Source: the human T2T-CHM13v2.0 reference genome, Homo sapiens. From it: DNA of 64,000 nt. The notes below the pieces were generated by a model. The model did no database searches. It had not been told where the DNA came from and saw nothing but the letters and a program-made list of their open reading frames with translations. The stretch lies in NCBI RefSeq assembly GCF_009914755.1, contig NC_060939.1. The stretch is one strand, 5' to 3'. A program made the translations under genes and the position numbers. Numbering within the stretch: the stretch's first letter is position 1; each line of letters opens with the position of its first letter. Below, piece by piece: positions 57,708 to 64,000 of this stretch.

Positions 57708-58747
57708 TATAAGGAATCTGAACAGCTCTATGGCAAAAAATACCAAATAATCTGATTGAAAAATGGGCAAAGGACCCGAGTAGGCATTTCTCAAAAGAAG
57801 ACATACAAATGGCCAACAGGTATATACAAAATGCTCAACATCCCTAATCATTAGGGACATGCAAACCAAAACCACAATGGGATATCATCTTACTCTAGTT
57901 AGAATGGCTATTATCAAACAGACAAAAAACCCCACAAAAACCCAGAACACACCAAATGCTGGCAAGGATGCAGAGAAAAGGAACACTCATACACTGTTGG
58001 TGGGAGCATAAAGTGGTGTAGCCACCATGAACAACAGTATAGAGGCTCCTCAAAAAAAGTAAATAAATAAAAATAGAACTACCATATCATCCAGCAATCC
58101 CACTGGGTATTTATCCAAAAGAAAGGAAATCACTATATCAAAGACTTATCTACACTTCCATGTTTATTGAAGCATTATTCACAATAGCCAAGATATGGAA
58201 CCAATGTAAGTGTCCATTAACAGACGAATGGAAGAAAACGTGGTGTATATACACAGTGGACTACTATTCAGCCATAAAAAATGAAATCCTGTCATTTGCA
58301 GCAACATGCATGGAACTGAATGTCCTTATGTTAAGCGAAATAAGCTAGGTACAGAAAGACAAATATTGTATGTTTTCACTTATATGCAGGAGGTAAAAAT
58401 GTGAATCTCATGGAGGCAAAGGGTAGAATGGTGGTTACCAGGAGCTGGGAAGGGATTGGAGTAGGAGGGATCAAGATATGTTGGTTAAGGTGTACAAAAA
58501 TACAGTTAGTTGGAAGAAATTATATTATTCAATAGTACAGTAGGGAAGTTATAATTAACAATAACGTTGTATATTTCAAAATAACTAGAAGAGAAAAATT
58601 GTAATGTTCCCAAAGCAAAGAAAAATAAGTGTTTTTGAGGTGATGAGTATCTTAAATGCCCTGACTTGATCACTACACATTATATAAAGGTCTGAAAATA
58701 TATGTACCCCCAAATTAAGTACAACTATTATATATCAATTTAAAAAA
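57708..58747 (+). mobile_element. L1MA-type 3' ~1 kb
   Basis: ORF 58160-58348 is an ORF2p C-terminus (MFIEALFTIAKIWNQ), followed by L1MA 3'UTR. Confidence 0.88.
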
Positions 58748-58754
58748 GTGCTGT

Positions 58755-59333
58755 GAAACATAGAGTGGCCATATGGCCCAGAAATTCCACTTCTAAGTAC
58801 ATGCCCAAGAAAACTGAAAACATCCTTGTTCACACAAAAACTGATACATGCCTGCATGCTCATAGAAGCATTATCTATAATAGCCCAACAGTGGAAATGA
58901 GCCAAATGACCATCAATGGATGAATGGGTAAATAAATTGTGGTATATCTGTACAATGGGATAATATTTAATAAGGAATAAAGTACTGATACATGCTTTAA
59001 CATGGATGAACCTTGAAAAGATTATGCTATGTAAAAGAAGCCATACCAGAAAACCACACTTTGTATGATTACATTTATATGAAATGTTCAGAATAGGCAA
59101 ATCCATAGAGACAGAAAGCAGATAGGTTAGTGATTGCCAGGGGCTGGGAGGGGGGATATGGGAAGTGACTGTTAATAGGTATGGAATTTCTTTTTAGGGG
59201 TGATGAAAATGTTTTAGAATTAGGTAGTGGTGATCATTGCACAACCTTGTGAATATACAAAAGCCATTGAATTTTGTACTTTAAAAATGAATTGCATGGT
59301 ATATTAAGTCTATCTCAATTAAAAATAAAAAAA
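58755..59333 (+). mobile_element. L1MB-type 3' end
   Basis: GGCAAATCCATAGAGACAGAAAGCAGAT, GGGGTGATGAAAATGTT, ending TATCTCAATTAAAAATAAAA. Confidence 0.85.
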
Positions 59334-59699
59334 GTTTTTACCAGTGACTCACTCATGGCAGAAATGGGTATGCTTTTTGAATTCCAAGCCAATGTTCAGA
59401 TTCAGGTTCAATGTTGGTCCAAGCTTCAATGTCAGGTTCAGGTTTTCTGGTGTCTGACTAATGAACATTTCCTGAATTAAAATGAGGGTATAGTCCTTAT
59501 CCTCAGGGAACTTGCATATATGAACAAGAAAAGATAAAATGCTGGGTAATAAAGAGTACATTAGAATGAGTGATATGAATGAAGAGTCTTCAAAACCAGC
59601 TCTCAAAGTGAGATTTGTGGGATTCAGTGGGTCTGTGTTGTATTCCTGGGACTCTATACTTTTAAAAAGAACTTTAGATGTGGAGGAGACTCATCTGTA

Positions 59700-60095
59700 T
59701 CCTGTTGTCTTCTTCTCACCACTTGGGAAAGCTATACTCCCCCAGTCACTTCCAGTTGGGTGCATTGTGTGACTGGTTCTGGCTAGTGGGTCAAGAATGG
59801 GAATTACATATGTCACTTCTGGGTTGAAGCATTTAATTGACAGTGCCAGATCATTCAGCATTTTCTTCCATTACTGTGTCAGTCATGGAGGTCCATATAT
59901 TCCACATAGTTCAGGTATGGAATGGTAGAGTCTTCATTGGCCTGGGTCTCTGAATCATTGCATGAAACAAAATGGTGCTGGTAAGTTTCCCAGACTTGCA
60001 GTGGGCTTTGCATTAGTAACAGACTGTGCTGTGTTAAAGCATTGAAATATTGGAGTGTTCGTTGCTGTAGTATAACCTAGCTTATCCTTAACCAG
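59700..60095 (+). mobile_element. Old MLT1 LTR fragment
   Basis: TGTCACTTCTGGGTTGAAGCATTTAATTG and TAACCTAGCTTATCCT. Confidence 0.6.
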
Positions 60096-61635
60096 GGGAT
60101 TCTGATGATCAACCAAATTTGCAAATCAGTGGTAGAAATAACAAATTCTAAAAATTGGGGAATAAGAAAAATCAGGAAAAGCTTAATAAATGAATTTTAG
60201 CTGGGCCTTGGGTGATAGTTAAGACTGGGATAGGGAGGAGTAAATAGGAAATTTTGGATGGGAGACATTTATGAATGATATTAAGGAAACACCAAAATAA
60301 TAGTTCATCTAATTTTTTCCCTCGAAGATGAATTAGGGCTTTTATTTTTTAATATGGTGAGTGGGCAGATGCTTCAACTCCTTATTTTCTAGCTGGTTAT
60401 ACTGGAATAACAACCCATATATAGTATCATGCAATGAATCTTTCAACAAACATTGAATCATTTCAGTGTTTCATTTGTTCTGATGGACAATTGTTCTGAA
60501 TTCTCCCTGTGGCGGGAATGTAAGCACATGTTTGGTGGAATTAGAAAAGGTTAGCTGATGCAAGACTTGAAAGCCAGGCTGAAGTTCTCCTCCTCTACCA
60601 CACTGAGAAGAAAAACCAGCATGTTTTCATTGGATATTAATATCCAGGTGATGCATTATTATTTTCATCTTTGAAACAGTAAGCTCTGCTGCCAGCACGC
60701 TCTCATTCCACCCAATTGTTCTTGTCCTATTTCTGTGTATTGTTAGCTTCCCTCCCCACATACTCTAACCTTTTAGGATATGAGATCAGTGAGGGGGAGG
60801 AAATAGGAACTAATACTTACCCAGTACTAGGTGTGTACCGCACACATGCTTGACCTCTTCTTACCTAATCCCTGAAAAGCACTGTTTTCCCCATTTTTGT
60901 GGATGAGAAGGCTGAAGCTAGTAATTAAGGGGCTTGTTCAGAACTAGATAATTAGAAAGTGTGGAGCCAGGACTCCAACTGAGGCCTATATGGTTCTGAT
61001 GTCCTTTGTATGATACCACAGTGCCCTCAGTGGGCTGCGAGTACTGCAGTTTATTAATCTGTCTTCCTTTGCGCCAAATTACATAGGCTATAGGCTATTT
61101 AACTGGAAAGAAAGGGTTCTAGATGTAAATCTTCCCATCTCTCACAATGTATGTGCAATCTTCCTCAAACCAGTCTTATTCTATATAGCAAGAAATTCCT
61201 AAAGGAAAGGGGATGCTAGTAAAGCTTGAGTCTGATAATTTCTGAAACTGCTTTTTCATTAAGAGTAAATAAATGAATATGAGACATTCAAACATTAACA
61301 AAAAGGCTCTTGCCCTATTTTAGGTCTTGAAGAATTGAGTAATTATGGCACTCTCGTAAGTATACAGAGGATGACTTAGGTGGATCATCAATAGTTTATA
61401 TCTGGTTGAAAATTTTGGGGCAACAAAAAGTCAGACCAAACAATCTATGTCATACCCCGGGGATCATTCATTTGTTTGCTCATTCCACAAATATTTATGA
61501 AGTGCCAAAAATGTGCTAGGCCTGGTTGTACGTGCTACTGATACAGTAAGTAGCTAATAAGGCAAAGTCCTGGCTTTCCTGGCATTTATAGCCTGTTGGG
61601 ATCAGACAATAAACAAGAAAAAAGTTATTGTCATA

Positions 61636-62140
61636 TGTAGTAGACAGAATCATGGCCCCTAAAGATGTCCACATCCTAATTCCTGGTACTTGTGAATATG
61701 TAACCTTACATGGCAAGAGAGATTTGGCAAATGTGATTAAACTAAGGACCTTGAGATGGTGGAGATTATCGAGGATTTTCCCGGTGGACTCAATCTAATC
61801 AGAGAGATCCTTAAAGGCAAGAATGTTTCTTGGCTGTGGTTGGAGGGAGATATGACTATGGAAGAATGGTCTGAGAAAGTGAATGTTGCTGGCATTGAAG
61901 TTGGAGGAAGGGAGTCATGCACTAAAGAATGTGGATGGGCTCTAGCAGCTGGAAAAAGCCTAGAAAAAGATTCTCCCCTAAGGTCTCCAGAAAGGAACAC
62001 AGCCCCTGCAGACCTTGATTTTAGCCCAGTGAGACCCGTATCAGACTGCTGAACTACAGAGCTATAAGATCATAAATTTGTGTTGTTTTAAGCCACTAAG
62101 AGTGTGGTAATTGTTACAGCAGCCATAGAAAATTAATACA
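61636..62140 (+). mobile_element. MLT1D-like solo LTR inserted in a minus-strand L2 (~61463-62400)
   Basis: TG...CA termini and perfect TSD TCATA (61631-61635, 62141-62145). Confidence 0.9.
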
Positions 62141-62437
62141 TCATACTAATGTATTTTATAAGAGTCATAATTACTCTGAAGAAGGTAATAACAGGAGAAG
62201 GAGATAGCTGGCAAGTCTTTGTGGGATGGTGTATTTTCCCCCTCTGATATTGTGTTCAGGGAGGGCAACTTGGAGGAGATGGTAATCAGCAGAAACCTGA
62301 ATGAGAAGGTGGAAATCTGGAAAGACAGTGTTGGAGGCAGAGGAAATGCCACAGCAGTCATGAGGGAGCTGCCCAGCGTTTTATGCTTGTGATTTAATGC
62401 CAAAAGGACTTGGTATGAGTTTATCAGAAACAAGACA

Positions 62438-62590
62438 TTTGTTCGTTCGTTCGTTCATTCATTCATTCATTCATTCATTCAGTATTTTGTTCATTAATCA
62501 TTTATTCATTCAACACATGTTTATTGAGTGGCTCTAATGTGCCAGGCGCTATTTCAGGTATTCAGAATATCACAGTAAACAAATCATTTC
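62438..62590 (-). mobile_element. L2 3' end with (TTCG/TTCA)n tail
   Basis: TTCA repeats then TTTATTGAGTGGCTCTAATGTGCCAGGC. Confidence 0.8.
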
Positions 62591-62669
62591 CACACTAGTC
62601 TGTCCCTCAAGGCTTGGTTTCACCTGTATGTAGAATTCTTGATTCCAGAAGAAGGCACCAGATGCTCTT

Positions 62670-62976
62670 TTCTTTTCTTTTCTTTCTTTTTTTTTTGAGA
62701 CAGAGTCTCACTCACACTGTCACCTAGTCTGGAGTGCAGTGGCGTGATCTCGGCTCATTGCAACCTCCGGCCTCCCGAGTTCAAGCGATTCTCCTGCCTC
62801 AGCCTCAGCTGAGATTACAGGCACCTGCCACCAGGCCCAGCTAATTTTTTTGGATTTTTAGTAGAGACAGAGTTTCACTATATCGGTCAGGCTGGTCTTG
62901 AACTCCTGACCTCGTGATCCACCCACCTTGACCTCCCAAAGTGTTGGAATTACAGGTAGAGCCACTACGCCCAGCC
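62670..62976 (-). mobile_element. AluS
   Basis: Full dimer, TSD CAGATGCTCTT (62659-62669, 62977-62987). Confidence 0.94.
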
Positions 62977-64000
62977 CAGATGCTCTTCTATTAAATGTTC
63001 TCCTTTGATCCTGGGGAGATCATTGAGACTGTTAAGGTTCATATGAATCTACCCAAAGCGGGTGTGTTTGCCCTTCTAGATACTGGGTAGTGTCTGGGAA
63101 GTTCTTAACTCTGAAAATTTCTAAAAGGGACCAGTGCAAGAATAATCTTGTGCAATTAAAAAATTTAAATCCATCTTGTTCCAAAACAGTTACTGTATTG
63201 TCATAATAATATTAATAACAATCCATCACACACTTTTAATGTTTTGCATTGGTTTTTGGCACCTAATATGCCAGCATGATTCATCCCTTAGATGACTTGA
63301 AGTTTCCTGTAAAGTCGGAAAATACTTTATCTGTGCAGCCTTAGACACACACACACAAAATGAGTATTTCATTCAAACCTTTTGATCCACGCAAATATTT
63401 TTTACTTGCCAAATCCCTGAAGTTTTTTTCTTCCTGTTATAGTTAAATTTACTAATTTAGTCAGTGAGAAAGATAAGCAAGAATGTATTGGCGAAGTCAC
63501 CTATCTCTTCAAACAGCTGATGTTCTCGCAAATCAGAATTGATTTGAATTAAGGTGAATGATAAACGTGCACTGTCAGACCACTCCTGGGAGTCGACAGG
63601 GTGAGTTTTCAGGGTGAATTTTCTTTGTCCTCCTGGCCTCAGGCTGACTCTAGGTCTGTCTTTCTCTCCTTACCAAAGCTGACTTTATCTCTCTCTACCT
63701 CATTCCCTTCATCCCATTTCCAGCCCCGGCCATTGAGGTGGATGAAAGCTGAGCCTTGCTGCGCCAACTTGAGTCTCGTTCACCCTGAGCAGTCACAGAT
63801 GGGTCTTGTCTTTTCAGATGCTCCACGAGGCCATTGTCACAATTCCAAGAGCCTGCTGGGTGAGTCTGGGTCTGTGGGGAAACACTTGCAGGGACGTGGA
63901 CCCCTGAGATTCTGAAATGTGGGCGAGCAACTCTCCACATGTGGAAGTGTTGGCGGGACCCATTCATAGATTCCTGCTGTGTTGAGCAGCAGAAATCGCA

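Overview
Primate (very likely human) intronic or intergenic DNA with no intact protein-coding gene, structural RNA gene or CRISPR array. It is dominated by retroelements (L1PA, L1PB, L1MA-MC, Alu J/S/Y, MIR, L2, MaLR solo LTRs), hAT and Tigger fossils, and STRs. The only gene-derived feature is a full-length, TSD-flanked, disabled EEF1A1 processed pseudogene on the minus strand (~29.15-30.90 kb). The most unusual structure is a ~300 bp templated insertion inside an old L1 fragment (19043-19347). It is built from a direct copy of DNA 517 bp downstream plus an inverted copy of a GC-rich, enhancer-like stretch ~1.5 kb upstream, joined at microhomologies. Other points: an old 5'-inverted (twin-primed) L1 nested in another L1, an unexplained diverged ~58 bp repeat pair 3.6 kb apart, a 39-codon polyQ micro-ORF, and repeat-free blocks that may be regulatory. 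I found no evidence for a novel multi-gene system. Repeat subfamily names are from recalled consensus sequences and boundaries are approximate.
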